Shown here: one piece after another, positions 1-13,765 of the stretch
Layout: every line of letters begins with the position of its first letter
Position numbering within the stretch: the stretch's first letter is position 1
Origin: Oculina patagonica
Taxonomy: Eukaryota
Assembly: GCF_052425735.1 (NCBI RefSeq)
Contig: NC_135769.1
Span: forward strand, 11,966,001-12,030,000
Direction: 5' to 3'
DNA: 64,000 nucleotides
Notes under the pieces: generated by a model
What the model saw: the letters and a program-made list of their open reading frames with translations, nothing else
Databases searched by the model: none
What the model was told of the DNA's origin: nothing
Translations under genes and position numbers: made by a program

Positions 1-345
1 GCGATTCAGTGGAATTCAGCGGAACTTCAAAATGTGTTTTCGATGTGTGGTGTTGTTAGAAAAGATTTCTTTTGATAAGATATTTGAAGCAGTAACAAAA
101 AAGTTTGCAATAAGGTGGAAATAATTCTGGTACAACAATTTCTTAACCGAGTCTGAGAAAATGATATTTAAAGTTCACAAGCTATGGGCAAAAGCTTACA
201 TCTTTTAAGCGATTCAGTGGAATTCAGCGGAACTTCAAAATGTGTTTTCGATGTGTGGTGTTGTTAGAAAAGATTTCTTTCGATAAGATATTTGAAGCAG
301 TAACACAAAAGCTTGCAATCAGGTGTAAATAGTTTTGGTACATAA
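1..345. repeat. Tandem repeat (satellite-like), 208-bp period, cut by the window start
   Basis: gcgattcagtggaattcagcggaacttc... occurs at 1 and again at 209; the second copy diverges and ends near 345. Confidence 0.85.
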
Positions 346-480
346 TTTTGTCCAATAACTACTCGAAGTCCTGGCGGATTTCCTCTTAATCACCTTTTTC
401 CGGCAATAAAAAAATTATTTGGTGGTTAATTTTTTGCACTTATGCATCTGGATGGGTTACTTTACCTCTACATCCTATTA

Positions 481-982
481 AGGGCCTCTTCACATGAGCC
501 CGGTTTACGGGATGTCTCAGTTACCAGGACGGATTTTGACGTCTGTTCATATGGAAAATTTTAGCCCGGTTGTCGGGGATAAAATTCAAGAAACGAAGCC
601 AAAATGGCGACACATAAAGTTGCATCTTTCGCGACTATCGTAGCTTTATTGACCCTTGTAACTTTATTAGTAAAGCCAATTCGTATATTTCTGAAGTGGA
701 AATAGATACAAGGCAAAATTAAGCCATTTTGACCACCCAGTTACGAAAGGGAAGCTATTTTCTCAAAAAAAGTTGCGTCCCGGAGACCGGGCTGGAGTGT
801 TCATATGGGAAAATATTCTTCCCGATTGCCAAGATCTCGGTTGCAGAAACCGAGATATCGGTAACTGGGCTGGCCCACCTTCTCATATGAACACATCCAA
901 AATTTTACAAAGAAAATAGGAGTGAGCCGAGATCTCGGTAGCTGGGCCAGCCCGGTCAACCGGGATCATATGAAGAGGCCCT
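481..982. mobile_element. MITE (about 500 bp) with ~25-bp TIRs, TA-flanked, copy 1
   Basis: Starts agggcctcttcacatgagcccggtt, ends aaccgggatcatatgaagaggccct; ta on both sides. Confidence 0.85.
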
Positions 983-1039
983 TAGAAGGAGTTGCATTGA
1001 TTTTTTCGTCGGATATTGTGCTCAGAAGAGAAATTTAAT

Positions 1040-1252
1040 GCTGGCCCGCTTAGCCGGGCTGGCCCGGTGAACGCGATTACATGGAAAATTTTCATCCCGG
1101 CTAGCCGAGATCCCGGCATCGCGATACCGGGATCTCGGCTAACCGGGCTGGCCCGGTTGTCATGTAATCGCGATGTTGATTTTTGTTGCGTTTAACAGAC
1201 GTTCCGAGATCTCGGCAAACCGAGCCAGCCCGGCTCATGTAATCAGGCCCTA
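1040..1252. mobile_element. Fragment of a related MITE (right end only)
   Basis: Shares the ccgggctggccc and gagatctcgg motifs with 481-982; ends catgtaatcaggccctaa. Confidence 0.55.
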
Positions 1253-1301
1253 AATTATGATCAAGACCCTTAAGCAAAAACTTGCGTTGCCGTTTGGTCA
1301 G

Positions 1302-1361
1302 TGTACGGGAAATTATCCCGGCGCTGGTCGCAATCAAACAGAGGACTGTATCTATCCAACA
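1302..1361 (-). repeat. Remnant of the 3' LTR of element A
   Basis: Identical to 15950-16009; the rest of this LTR and the PPT are absent. Confidence 0.85.
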
Positions 1362-1766
1362 TTATATAATAACCTGAATTCTACGCGCATTTTGATTGGT
1401 TCTTACTTATGATCTATCAGAGTACAGACACATGGATGACGTCACGCGGTGGTGTGACTCGCGCGCGTGATCAGAGTTCATAGTCCAAATCATAGTTGTC
1501 GGCAAAGTTTTTCAAACTTGCGAGGCCACAACAAAGCAAAAAAGTTCAGCTTAATTACAAATCTTCAGTGAGAAACAATACGCCAAGCATCGTTCACCTT
1601 TCGAAGCATTTAACTGGGCGAAACAAGCTTGAAGAAGACAGTGAATTATTCGAGAAATTATCCGAAATCTGTATGAAAGTTTGACCGATGTTGTACAGTT
1701 GGACGACGCCACGGAAAACAAACAAATTGCGGTTGAACGCTTCGGTTAATGCTTACAGATTTATTA

Positions 1767-2267
1767 AGGGCCTCTTCACATGAGCCCGGTTTACGAGCTG
1801 TCTCAGTTACCAGGACGAATTTTTAACTCTGTTCATATGGAAAATTTTAGCCCGGTTGACGGGGATAAAATTCAAGAAACGAAGGCAAAATGGCGACACA
1901 TAAAGTTGCATCTTTCGCGACTATCGTAGCTTTATTGACCCATGTAACTTTATTAATAAAGCTAATTCGCATATTTCTGAAGTGGAAATAGATACAAGGC
2001 AAAATTAAATCATTTGGACCGCCCAATTACGAAAGGGAAGCTATTTTCTCAAAAAAAGTTGCGTCCCGGCGACCGGGCTGGAGCGTTCATATGGGAAAAT
2101 ATTCTTCCCGGTTGTCGAGATCTCGGTTGCAGAAACCGAGATATCGGTAACCGGGCTGGCCCACCTTCTCATTTGAACACATCCAAAATTTTACAAGAAA
2201 ATAGGAGTGAGCCGAGATCTCGGTAACTGGGCCAGCCCGGTTAACCGGGATCATATGAAGAGGCCCT
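1767..2267. mobile_element. MITE copy 2 (same family as 481-982)
   Basis: Same TIRs, TA flanks and near-identical internal sequence, in direct orientation. Confidence 0.85.
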
Positions 2268-2752
2268 TACCCAGGCTACCCGCGCCCGTGCTTTGCAACA
2301 TCCTCAAAAAGTGCGAAGTAAAGACGATCGGTCCGGCTGCGGGTTGAATTTTACTTTTCTGTTTATTTTAGCGAACCCGAGAACTCCTTTTGCTGGCTAA
2401 CATGTGTATACACAATTTGTGTATTATTTGGCTAATTCCAAGTTGAAGTTGAAGTTGAATTAATCCATGTCTTACGATCGATATGTTAACAAGTTTCTGA
2501 AAGCCAGAACGTGGACATTTATAGCATAGCATATAAATTCTTGAAAAAAAGACAAGAGCTCCAGTTGACTTACAGACCCATATAAGGAACAAAATTTAAA
2601 ATTATTGTAGTTCAAAAGGCTTTATTGCTAAGCTCAAGTAAATGTCACACTAACAGTCCTAACAGCGAGAACTCGATCCTGTAAACACGCGCCTCGTTAC
2701 TGACAACTGAAATTATAGTTTTTCTTTATTTATAGCGCATTAGCAAAAATCT

Positions 2753-2847
2753 GTGGGCCGCGAACCGCGGGCCGAGAGGTGGGCCGCGGGCCGCAGGCCG
2801 CGGGCCGTGGGCCGCCGGGCCGCGGGCCTGCTTTTAGTAAAACCCGC
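2753..2847. repeat. GC-rich (gggccgc)n array, probable subterminal repeat of a DNA transposon end
   Basis: Heptamer array ending cttttagtaaaacccgc. Confidence 0.55.
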
Positions 2848-3409
2848 TCGTAGCGCTGTAGTAATTCAGAGTAATTAGAATGTTTTTGTTGGCGGAAAGC
2901 GAAAACGAGTTATATATCAGGAGTTATATATCGGAATGCATTGTTTTAGAAACGTCTCAAATGCCCAACCCGCCGCTTGATGTTGTGAGTAGACAATGAA
3001 TAGAAACTTCCGAGATTTCATGTTAAAAAATTACCAGGTACTTTCAACTCTTCGTGTTTGCTGTGTTTACGTTTCTTTCACGGCCAAAGAGAAGACGAGA
3101 AACATTTGCGATGCCACTCGCCAGATGTCGCGACATATTTAATTAGCGGCAGTTATTTCCCGCTAGCCGCTTGAAATGAATTTTATTCGAAAAGAGTTTC
3201 AATCTGTGGTCAATATTATAAATAAAACCACTAAAAGATTGAAGAAAAAGAACAAAATTAATTAATTTCTCTTTCATGAAAAGCGATTTATTTTGAAAGG
3301 CTAACTAAATCGTCGAATATTTATAAACTTTTTTTGAGCCTCCTTAAATGACCATTGTTTTGGCCTCAGTCTGCATTTCTTTTTTGAAAACGAATATTTT
3401 GGACTTGTC

Positions 3410-3534
3410 AAATGTCAGTCTGCATTTTGTACCCAGTCTGCAGTCTGCAGTCTGCATTTTGTACCTAGTCTGCATTTTGTACCCAGTCTGCAGTCTGCAA
3501 TCTGCAGTCTGCAGTCTGCATTTTGTACTGACCG
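3410..3534. repeat. (cagtctg)n / cattttgtacc array, probable transposon end
   Basis: Heptamer array ending ttttgtactgaccg, abutting the end of element A's pol. Confidence 0.6.
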
Positions 3535-4442
3535 ATTAGCGATTGATCATGGCTCGCGTTAGCCAACGTGAATCCAGCGCTGCAGCGCGCGTCCGTTCAG
3601 TTTTCCCTTCCCTCAGTTTCTTTGTTGGGATTCCCACCCAAGTCTACGCTACCCTGGTTGACAGGATTCCCTCTATCCCCGTTTTCGATTCCACAGACCT
3701 CCAAAGGGTAAAGTTTTTGCACCGGTCTATTGACAAAGATAGGCTTCCCTTTAGTGATTACCCTTAGTTTGACACCCCTTACCTCTTTGTCCTTGCCAAC
3801 AATAAGCTCTTCAACTTTCCCCATCTTCCAGTTGCTTCTCTTACCGTTATCTTCGTGTACTAAGACAACTTCGCCTGCACTTACCTTGTTGTCGCATTCC
3901 CCTTTGATACGGTGGTGTTCTCTCAAATCAGTTAAGTATTCTTTGCGCCACCGATTCCAAAAATGCATGCGCAGCCTCGCAAGATACCTGAACCTTCGCA
4001 GGAAGCCTGTTTCGTTTTCCTCTTCATCATCTCTTACCTCTGCGGGAAAACTCAGCAATGGACGACCATAGATAAGGTGCGATGGCGTAAGCATTTCGGC
4101 TCCTAACTCGTCGTATTCATAGGCAAGCGGACGGGAATTCATGGTCGCTTCTACTTCGGTCAGCACAGTTAGCAATTCATTGGCGTTGAGCTTTGCATTG
4201 CCGAGCACCTTTCTCAGACAACGCTTGGCAGTGCCTATTAATCGCTCGTAAAATCCACCCCACCAGGGAGTCTTTTCCAAATTAAATTTCCAGTCGATCC
4301 GATTCGATTCTAAATGTTCCTTCACCTCGTCGCTGTCACACAATCTTTTCACCAACTTTGCTGATGCCTTGAAGGTTTTTGCGTTGTCTGAAATAATAAC
4401 CGATGGTGTACCTTTTCTAGCTGCGAATTGTCTCAAACATAG

Positions 4443-7400
4443 TGGACACGCTTGACTTGTTTAGCTCATTAGCATATTTGTCATGCGCAGTTTGTTTTCG
4501 TTAGATTGACCTCGTGGTCATTGAACTTGTCACGTTTTCAACACGTTTTCTCTCATGCAAGATTTGTAGTGTACGGTCTCATAGAAGTCAAAGAAATACA
4601 GTGTACGGTCTCGAAGAAGTTTAACAAATACAGTCCTCTAAGAACAAGGCTCGTCTATTACATTCTGGTCCTTAAACGCCGGACGATTACAGTGTTCAAA
4701 TGTACAGTCCTCGAACTGAAAAAGAAAACAGCTGAGCGAGCAAATCGCCATTCAACTTGCTGACGATCACAAGATGTCCCGTGAGACTCTTATTCAGCAA
4801 AAAGGAATCACTAAACGTAAAATAACAAACCTTCTCAAGAAAGTTGAACAGGTCGTCGAAAAAGAAGACAAGTCAGCATATGACATCGTCTGCGCAGAGC
4901 AGTATTTGAACGAAATTCGCACCTTGGACGCGCAATTTCAAAAACAACATCTGGCAGCGACTGCCATCGTTGAACCGTCGAACGAGGAACTTATTGAAAG
5001 GGATTTTGAGGATTTGGAAATTCACGATGAACGTGTCCGCGAAAACACGAGCAAGCTTCTCTATTTACTGAACGTCGCTTCAAAGCCACAAGCCAAAACT
5101 AAAGCTACCGAAAACAAGACCAAAGTGAATTCGCTCGAAGCGAAATGGACTCGAATTACAAAGAATGTTGACAGCGTGGCCTCGAAGGTCAGCGAAGCAC
5201 AAAGCAAACTCGACGAAATGGAGATCGACGAACTAACGGACATAAGAAGTCAGCTTTCTGATTTTGAGAAAACTTTCGATCGATTCACCGCAGAAATTGA
5301 CTCTGTTTCCCCGGACTTAGATGATAAAGACGGTGAAAATTGGAACGACGCCATTTCGAATTATTTTGACAAGATTTCATTAGCTCAAGACACTTTGGCT
5401 TTGTTGATTATTGAACGCCGCCGCAACCAAACTCGTGAAATCAAAGAGCAAGAACTTGAACGGGAGGAAAGGCGAAACAAGGAAATCGAAGTACAAAACA
5501 ACAAGCATCGTGAAGAAATTAACAAGTTGTTGGACAAATTGAAGACACCTTCGGAAGAACATGAATCAAAGACAGTGAAATTGCCTTCACTCAGCATTCC
5601 ATCATGCGATGGAAACCCAACTAAATGGAAATCTTACTGGCAACAGTTTGAAGCCACAATACACAATTCGAAGAAGCTAGACGACCAATTGCGGATGCAG
5701 TATTTGCTTAAATCTCTCACCACCAAAAAGGCTAGAGATGCTATTGAGGGAATTGATGCAGTGGCTGAAGCATACCCAGAAGCCGTGGCAGCCCTGAAGA
5801 ACCGTTTTGACAGACCTCAAGTCATCCACAGAGCACATGTAAGAGCAATACTCAATCTTAAGCCAATGAAAGATGGTTCAAGTGGTGAACTGAGAAAGCT
5901 ACATGACACACTTCAACATCACTTAAGATCATTAAAGGCAATGGATCAACTGGATTTTGAAAGATTTATGACTGCCTTAGGAGAGTGCAAGCTTGACGAC
6001 CTAACCATGGTTGAATGGCAGAAATCTATTCAAGCAGAAAAACAAGTCCCTGGCTATGACAAGTTGCTTGAATTCCTTGATCTCCGAGCAATTGCCACTG
6101 AACTTACGCCTCATGAAACAGGTCCCAAGAAACCTCCCATTCCTCCTGGAAAGTCACCAAAGCCACCTCCTCCAAAGCCTTTTTTGTGTATACTGCAAAC
6201 ACCAAAGTTAAGTGCACAGCCTGTAATGGATCAAAACACAACCTTGCTTATTGCCAGTCCTTCAAAGCAAAATCACTCTCTGAGAAGCGGAACTTTGTTA
6301 TGGAACAAGGACTTTGTTTTAACTGTCTCAAGGCAAAGCACACAAGTAAACAATGCCCTTCACCTAATTGTTGTCTGAAATGTGGCAAGCGACATCACAC
6401 CTTTCTTCACCTCGATGACTCTAGGGATGCAGTCAATCAAGAGACATCGGAAACAGCGAGACAGGATACTCTGATGGTTTCAGCACCTGGTGCTTCTAAC
6501 ACCACTGTCCCTGGAAACATTGCAACTGATGCTGGCATTTCCATTGTTACCTATGTAACTGCCCCACAAGCCATTGCTTCAAATTCTATTCTCATGATGA
6601 CAGCAGAAGTGATCCTTAGTGGACCCAATGGTCATCAAATGGTTGCACGAGCTCTACTGGATCCAGCATCCACTGCCTCCTTTATCACCGAAAGAGTCGT
6701 CCAACGCTTAAAAATGCACAAACAAAGGCAAGAAATCACCATCAATGGAATTGGAGACACCCGGTGCTCCACCCAAAGTAACTCTGTTGTTAACATGAAT
6801 TTAAAATCTACTCAAAGCTCCTCAGCACTGGACAATGTTCAAGCTATTGTTCTGCCTTCGTTGACAAAATGCTTGCCTATCACAACCCTTCCTAAAGGGA
6901 ACTGGCCACATCTGTCTACTCTCAAGCTTGCTGATCCTGAATTCAATGTGTCAAAGCCTATTGATGTTCTCCTTGGTGTAGATGTGTACCATGACATCCT
7001 TAAGCCAGGGCTTATCCTTGGACCAAAAGGAACCCCAGCAGCCCAAGCAACCATGTTTGGATGGGTCTTGTTCGGGAACACTAACACTCATCAATTGCCA
7101 GCTGAAGTCACAACACTGCATGCGTCGACTTCATTTCCAAGTTGCGAAGAAACTCTCCATAAATTTTGGACTCTAGAGGAGCCACCTAAACCTAGGCTGC
7201 CTCTATCACCTGCTGACAAATTACTTGTGCAGGACTTTGACCGAAGCCATAAACGTGATGAAACTGGTCGCTTTGTAGTCAGACTTCCATTCAAGCCACA
7301 AGGGCCTCCTTTAGGCCAATCACGACCTCTGGCTCTGCGACGCTTCCTTTCCCTTGAACGTCGTCTTCAACGTTTCGACAAGTCCCAAGATTATGCAAAG

Positions 7401-10400
7401 GTCGTTAACGAGTACTTCACATTGGGCCATGCTGAAAGAGTCCCAGAGGCTGATCTCAACAAACCTGCATCACATTCATTCTACTTAGCCCATCATGCTG
7501 TCTACAAGGATTCAGCCTCTACTCCATTACGCGTGGTATTTGATGGATCAATGAAAACCACAACTGGTGTCTCTCTCAATGATCAGCTCCTCGTAGGACC
7601 GACTGTTCATCCGCCCCTCAATGATGTTCTCATTCGTTTCAGACAACACCCTTATGTTCTCACCACTGATGTTTCAAAGATGTATCGTGCTGTCGCCCTG
7701 GCACCAGAAGACAGAGATTTTCACAGGTTCTTATGGAGAGAGAATGCTACTGATCCAGTTGTTGACTATAGAATGACCAGAGTTACCTTTGGAATTGCAA
7801 GTGCTCCATTCTTAGCGACAAACTCTGTTCTGCACCTTGCAAAGCAAAATGAATCAGAGCTACCCTTAGCTGCAAAGGCTGTAACGGAGTCCTTCTATGT
7901 TGATGATGGTCTTCCCTCGGTTGAAACCAAGCAAGAAGCCATTTTACTTCATCATCAACTTCAAGACCTCTTTAACAGAGGAGGGTTTAAACTTCACAAA
8001 TGGGACTCAAACTCACCTGAAGTTTTGAACTCAATCTCACCAGAGATTAGAAGCTCGAAGAGCACATCTAACCTTGGAAACTCTGACAACTTTGTCAAAA
8101 CTCTTGGAATGGAATACAACTCTAGTCAAGACCACTTCAAATTCTCTTCCACTGATTTATCTGCTGAAGAATCAAGTATTACCAAGCGTGAAGTTTTGTC
8201 TGATTCAGCAAAAATATTCGACCCCCTTGGTCTCATCTCGTGCGTCACAATTGTACCAAAGATAATCTTCCAGCGTCTCTGGGAGCGAGGCACCGCATGG
8301 GATGAACCTCTCCCACCAGACATTCAGAGAGAGTGGTTGAACTGGAGAACACAACTCCCTGAAATCTCAGCCATCCGCATTCCACGCTGTTACACCCCAG
8401 TTGGCAGAGAAATTGTTGACCGACAATAAATCGGTTTTTCTGATGCCAGTGAGAAGGCTTACTGTGGTGTCGTCTACTTAACAAGTTTCGACACGGCCGG
8501 CGGAGTTTACACCTCCCTTGTTATGGCAAAAACACGTGTCGCACCAATCAAGAAGATTACCTTACCCCGTCTTGAACTTTGTGGAGCTCATTTGCTCTCA
8601 CAACTCATGAAACATCTCCAAGAAATCTTGGCCATTCCAACCTGCAAGCTTTATGCCTTCACAGATAGTACCATTGTCCTTTACTGGATTTATGGAAGCA
8701 GCCAGCGATTCAAGACCTTCGAAGCAAACAGAATCGGAGAAATTCAAGAAAGTGTTCCCCCAGAAAGATGGGCTCATGTTGCCAGTGAAGAAAATCCAGC
8801 TGATGTTGGATCTCGTGGCCTTCTTCCAGGAGAAATCATTGATCACAAACTCTGGTGGAATGGTCCCAGTTGGTTGAAAGAAGACACTTCAAACTGGCAG
8901 TCCAAGATTTCTGCCCCTCCTTCTTTGGAGACGCTCTACTCCTCAGGTATCGATGAAGCAAGTTTACAACTCAAAGAAAGAAAAGAAGTGACACTTCAAG
9001 TAACTACTCCTCCTGAGAAAGCCAAGCCTGTGATTGACATTGAAAGATACTCAAGCTTCATGTATCTCGTGAGAGTTACTGCCTGGGTATTCCGTGTTGT
9101 TACCCGCACTCATCTATTCAGCTCCACACCTTTGTCAGTAGCTGAACTCTCAAAGGCTAAAATTTGGTTGTTCAAATTAGCACAAGCTAAGATGTTCCCA
9201 GATGCAGTGGGTATGCTCCAGAAGGGAAAGCCACTCCCTTTGTCTCATTCTCTGCAACCATTAAATCCATTTCTTGATGCAGATGGTTTGTTAAGAGTTG
9301 GTGGACGTCTCTCACAGTCCCAGAAAGCCTACCTTTCCCGCCATCCACTGATCCTCCATGGAAAGCACCACCTCACATCACTGATTATACAGAGTGAACA
9401 CAAACGTCTGTGTCATGCTGGTCCAAAGCTCACTTTAGGATCTCTTCAAGATCTCTACCATATTGTTGGTGCACGCAGAGCTGTGCGCAAGTGCACGCGT
9501 CAATGTGTGACATGTCAGCGTGCATCTCCCAAGATCACAACTCAACTTATGGGCCAAGTTCCAGCTGCACGCCTCCTTCCAGGCTTCGCCAATGAAAGAG
9601 TCTCAGTCGACTACGCAGGACCTCTGACTCTAAAGATTGGAACTACTCGGAGACCAACCTACTACAAAGCCTATGTAGCCATCTTTGTATGCCTAGCAAC
9701 TGAATCCTGTCACATTGAGTTAGTATCAAATCTAACAGCAGAAGCCTTTCTTGCTGCCTTTCGTCGTTTCGTTTCAAGAAAGGGAAAACCAATTGAAATC
9801 TGGAGTGACAATGCATCCTGCTTCCATCGTGCAAACAAAGATCTCAAGGAACTTGAGCAATGTCTCACAGCCTCACAAGAATCTATCATGAATTACTGCT
9901 CCACAGAAGGCATTCAGTGGAAATTCAGCCCACCAACAGGCCCTCATCATGGCTCAGTTTGGGAAAATGGGGTCAAGGCCTGCAAGCGTCATCTGAAGCG
10001 AATAGTTGGCGAAAGTAAACTTACCTTTGAAGAGATGACAACTGTTTTGTGTCAGATTGAAGCTTGTCTCAATTCCAGACCTCTCTTCACGTCACTTGAC
10101 TCAAATGATGATGATGGAATCGCTCCACTTACTCCTGGTCATTTTCTAATTGGCCGACCACTCGAAGCGCTGCCTGACCAAGTTACAACAGCGCCCATTT
10201 CAACCCTGAAGCGATGGCAACTCTGTCAAGCTCTTATACAGCATTTTTGGAAGCGATGGTCAACCGAGTATCTTAATGCGCTTCAGCGATTCAATAAGTG
10301 GAGGCGACCCAAACGATGTCTTCGCGTCGACGACATTGTGCTCATTAAGGACAATCGCACCCCACCATGCCAGTGGCCCCTTGGCCGAATCATCAGAACC

Positions 10401-10878
10401 CATCCTGGTCCAGATCAGTTAGTCAGAGTGGTCACTGTCAAAACCAAAACCGGAACATTCGTCCGTCCAGTTGTAAAGCTATGCTTGCTGACACCATCCG
10501 AGGGTGCTCAGTAAAGACTTTGCACTTACAACATAATGAACTCAAAGAAACAAATGAACTCAAAGGAACATTTTCAAGTAACTTTATTAGAACAAAGAAC
10601 ACTATTAAGAAAGACAATTAAGTATGTTTACATTTTGTCTTGATTATATCAAGGCCGGCGGAATGGACACGCTTGACTTGTTTAGCTCATTAGCATATTT
10701 GTCATGCGCAGTTTGTTTTCGTTAGATTGACCTCGTGGTCATTGAACTTGTCACGTTTTCAACACGTTTTCTCTCATGCAAGATTTGTAGTGTACGGTCT
10801 CATAGAAGTCAAAGAAATGCAGTGTACGGTCTCGAAGAAGTTTAACAAATACAGTCCTCTAAGAACAAGGCTCGTCTA
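4443..10878 (+). mobile_element. BEL/Pao LTR retrotransposon B, nested antisense in the integrase of A
   Basis: LTRs 4443-4657(4662) and 10664-10878 with one visible substitution; TSD CATAG (4438-4442, 10879-10883); PBS tggtcctt at 4666; PPT aaggccggcggaa before the 3' LTR. Confidence 0.95.
4774..10514 (+). pseudogene. BEL/Pao gag-pol of element B (one -1 frame change near 6180, one in-frame TAA at 8427-8429)
   Basis: ORFs 4774-6378, 6186-8429 and 8523-10514: Gag, three Cys/His knuckles, LLDPAS protease, YVDD RT, (IGF)SDAS RNase H just after the stop, DYAGP/SDNA/WENG integrase. Confidence 0.92.
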
Positions 10879-13187
10879 CATAGTACAAATGTAGTTGCTG
10901 TAAGATCGGTTACCAAATCCAAGTACTGTACACAGCTCGCGTCACGCAACAAGTAAACAAAGCTATATAAGCCTTGACCATTTCTCCTGGTTTCGTTTTA
11001 ACAAACAACGGCCCAGCAAAATCGATTCCTACCTTAGAGAAAGGCGGAGATTCTCTAACCCTGAATTCCGGTAAAGCCGCTGTCGGTGGTGCTTCAAATG
11101 GTTTACACTGCTCTTTCTTGCACGTCACACATTCTCTCAAAACCTTTTTAACGACCTGTCGGCCCTTGGGCACCCAAAACCTTGACCTGAGTTCGCCCAG
11201 TGTTGCTCTCACTCCCCCGTGATGTACCTTTCTATGGCACTCTTCAATGAGAAGTTTTGTGAGCCGGTGATCCTTTGCGAGGATGATAGGCTGCTGAGCT
11301 TCCATGTCTAAGTCGGAATTTTCTAATCTTCCCCGACATTTCAACACGCCACCTTGATCTTCCAATTTCAATTTGCTGGTCAGGTCTTGGTAAGATTTGT
11401 CATTCTTCAATTCTTCTTGACAACCTTTAATCCACATTTCTTCTGTCGCAGCTATCTCGCTTCTTCGCAGTGCGCCTTTTCTCCGTTCGACTCCCTTTCC
11501 TTTCGACCTCAAATTATGCAGAAAACGTTTAACCCACGCAGTCACTCTTAACAACCGCCCGAAGTTGCTAAATTTGTTCACACCTATCACTTGCGTGACA
11601 CCCGTTCGTTTTGTCACACTCGCCACTGTCACGTTCACCTTCTTTCTCTCTTCGTTGCTCTGTGGAGTCTCACTAACCTCTGAGCTTGGCCATTCGCTCT
11701 CTGGTCTGGTCAGCCAAGTCGGACCTCTCCACCATAGCTCACTTTCTTTCAGTTTGGACGCTCGCTCACCTCTCGAACCGATGTCGGCCGGGTTTTCTTT
11801 CCCTGGACAATGTCCCCATTCGTCTTTCTTTGTGATCTTGAGAATCTCGTTAACCCGGTGACGAACGAACTGTTTCCATTCCCCGTTGTTTTCAATCCAC
11901 CAGAGAGCGGTCTTGCTATCTAACCACAAGCGTGTCGTGCCGATATCAACTTCTTCTTTTAGTGCGTTCTTTACGGTGTCCATAAGAGTCGCTAGAATTT
12001 TTCCTGACATCAGTTCTAGACGCGGAATGGTCTGTTCTTTTATGGGAGAAACTCTCGTCTTGGAGGTAAGTAGCGTCGAAGAAACGGCTCCAGAAACCTC
12101 ACACACAAAGTAAATAACGGCGCAATATGCCTTTCTACTTGCATCTGCAAATCCGTGCAGCGAACAGTTCAACTTACCTTGTCCTATTCCATAGACACAT
12201 CTCGGGACATGGATCTCTTTCGTCTCTTTCAAGTCTTTTAGCCATCCAATCCAACTCTTCTCACTTTCGCTGGTTATTCTTTCGTCCCAGTCTACTTTGC
12301 TCACACACAACTCTTGAAATAAAACTTTCATGCTAACAAGTACTGGACTCAGCAAGCCTAAGGGGTCATACATACCTGCGATCACCTTCAAAATGTTTCG
12401 TTTTGTAGCGGGTAAGCCATCTGCCTTTTCAACCATTTCAGACAACTCAAACACAAACGTATCACTTGCGCAATTCCACGACTGCCCTAGCACCTTTTCA
12501 TTCTTGGTTCCTACCTTTGCTCCCAGTGTGGCTTTGGCGTAACTTTCGTCGGCGCTTTCGATTTGTTTGTCTACGTTCGACTCACCACGCAGTTCGCGCT
12601 GTGTTATTTTTGCTCTTAACACCTCGCTGTTAGTCAACCATTTCCTCAATTTAAACCCACCAATCGCAAGTCTTGTTTTCGCCTTTCCATACAAATCACC
12701 TGCCTCCTGAGTGGTCTTTTGCCCTGTGACGAGATCATCGACGTAAAAACTCTTTTTCATAATCCGCACGAACTCTGGGTCGATCTCAATAAACGAATCT
12801 AAATGGTACTGGAGTGTTGCATTAAGCAAAAACGGTGAACAGTTGACTCCAACACAACACGACAAAATCTGTAAACAACAGGGTCTAATTGCTCGCTGTC
12901 AACACTCTTCACCCAAAGAAACCTCAAACAATCCCTGTCACGCTCATTGACCACAATATTGAGAAACTCCTTCTCAATATCACCCACTAACGCAACACGC
13001 TTCTCTCTAAATCGAATGAGAATGTCAAACAACAATGGAGATAAAGCAGGCCCCACGTGCAGACAGTCGTTAAGAGACACACCCCCTTTTCCTTCTTTAG
13101 ATGATGCGTCATACACTACTCTTACCTTGGTTGTTTTGGCGTCCTTACGTACGACAGCATGATGCGGAAGGTAGTGAATCTCAAATT

Positions 13188-13765
13188 CTGAAATCAAAAT
13201 TCACTAGGCCTGCTAAATTTTCGTTGTCATTAGGCGAAAGATAAACTAAAAATATATATTTTTGCAAATTTCCAGATCGATAGTGTTATTCGTTTTTAAA
13301 ACAGAGCATTTTGAATATTTGAGTTCTCCGTCGTATGTGACATCAAGCTGAGTGCCGTGACAAAGCTGTTTTGTTTGAAAAAAGGCCTTTCCTTTCCATT
13401 TTGTGCAGAATGAACATTTCAGATATAATAAGTGGTGTTTATGTGAAAGTGTACTAGCTCTTAAGCCAAGGATGGCCGCTGTTGTAAACAGAATTGAGTT
13501 CCAGATGGTTTCTCGAATTTCTCTGACATCACGGCGGCCATTACTGTGTCCCTCGGCAGGACACAGTTATGGCGGCTCCATACTAAGCTTTATAAATTTG
13601 CGTGGAAAGATTCAGAAAATAACTCGCGAACGGTACACCGCACAGACCCGAAACTTGGAGAAAGTGTTTATCTATTTATCATCTATAATATTTGAAATTC
13701 ATAGCTTCTGTAGTTGAATGGTTTCGAATTTATTATTTGATTGCGTGACAGTGAAAACCAGCAAT
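13188..13765 (-). mobile_element. Non-autonomous repeat insertion interrupting RT of element A, with loss of adjacent pol sequence
   Basis: AT-rich non-pol sequence between KRLKGQL and EIHYLPHH; one end reads attgctggttttcactgtcacg on the minus strand; the segment found between these motifs in elements B and C is missing. Confidence 0.65.

Noticed and set aside
4566-4645. CRISPR-like repeats (about 30-bp units in LTR B; also 29005-29300 and 43204-43280)
   Set aside because: Contiguous tandem units without unique spacers; no cas genes; eukaryotic context.
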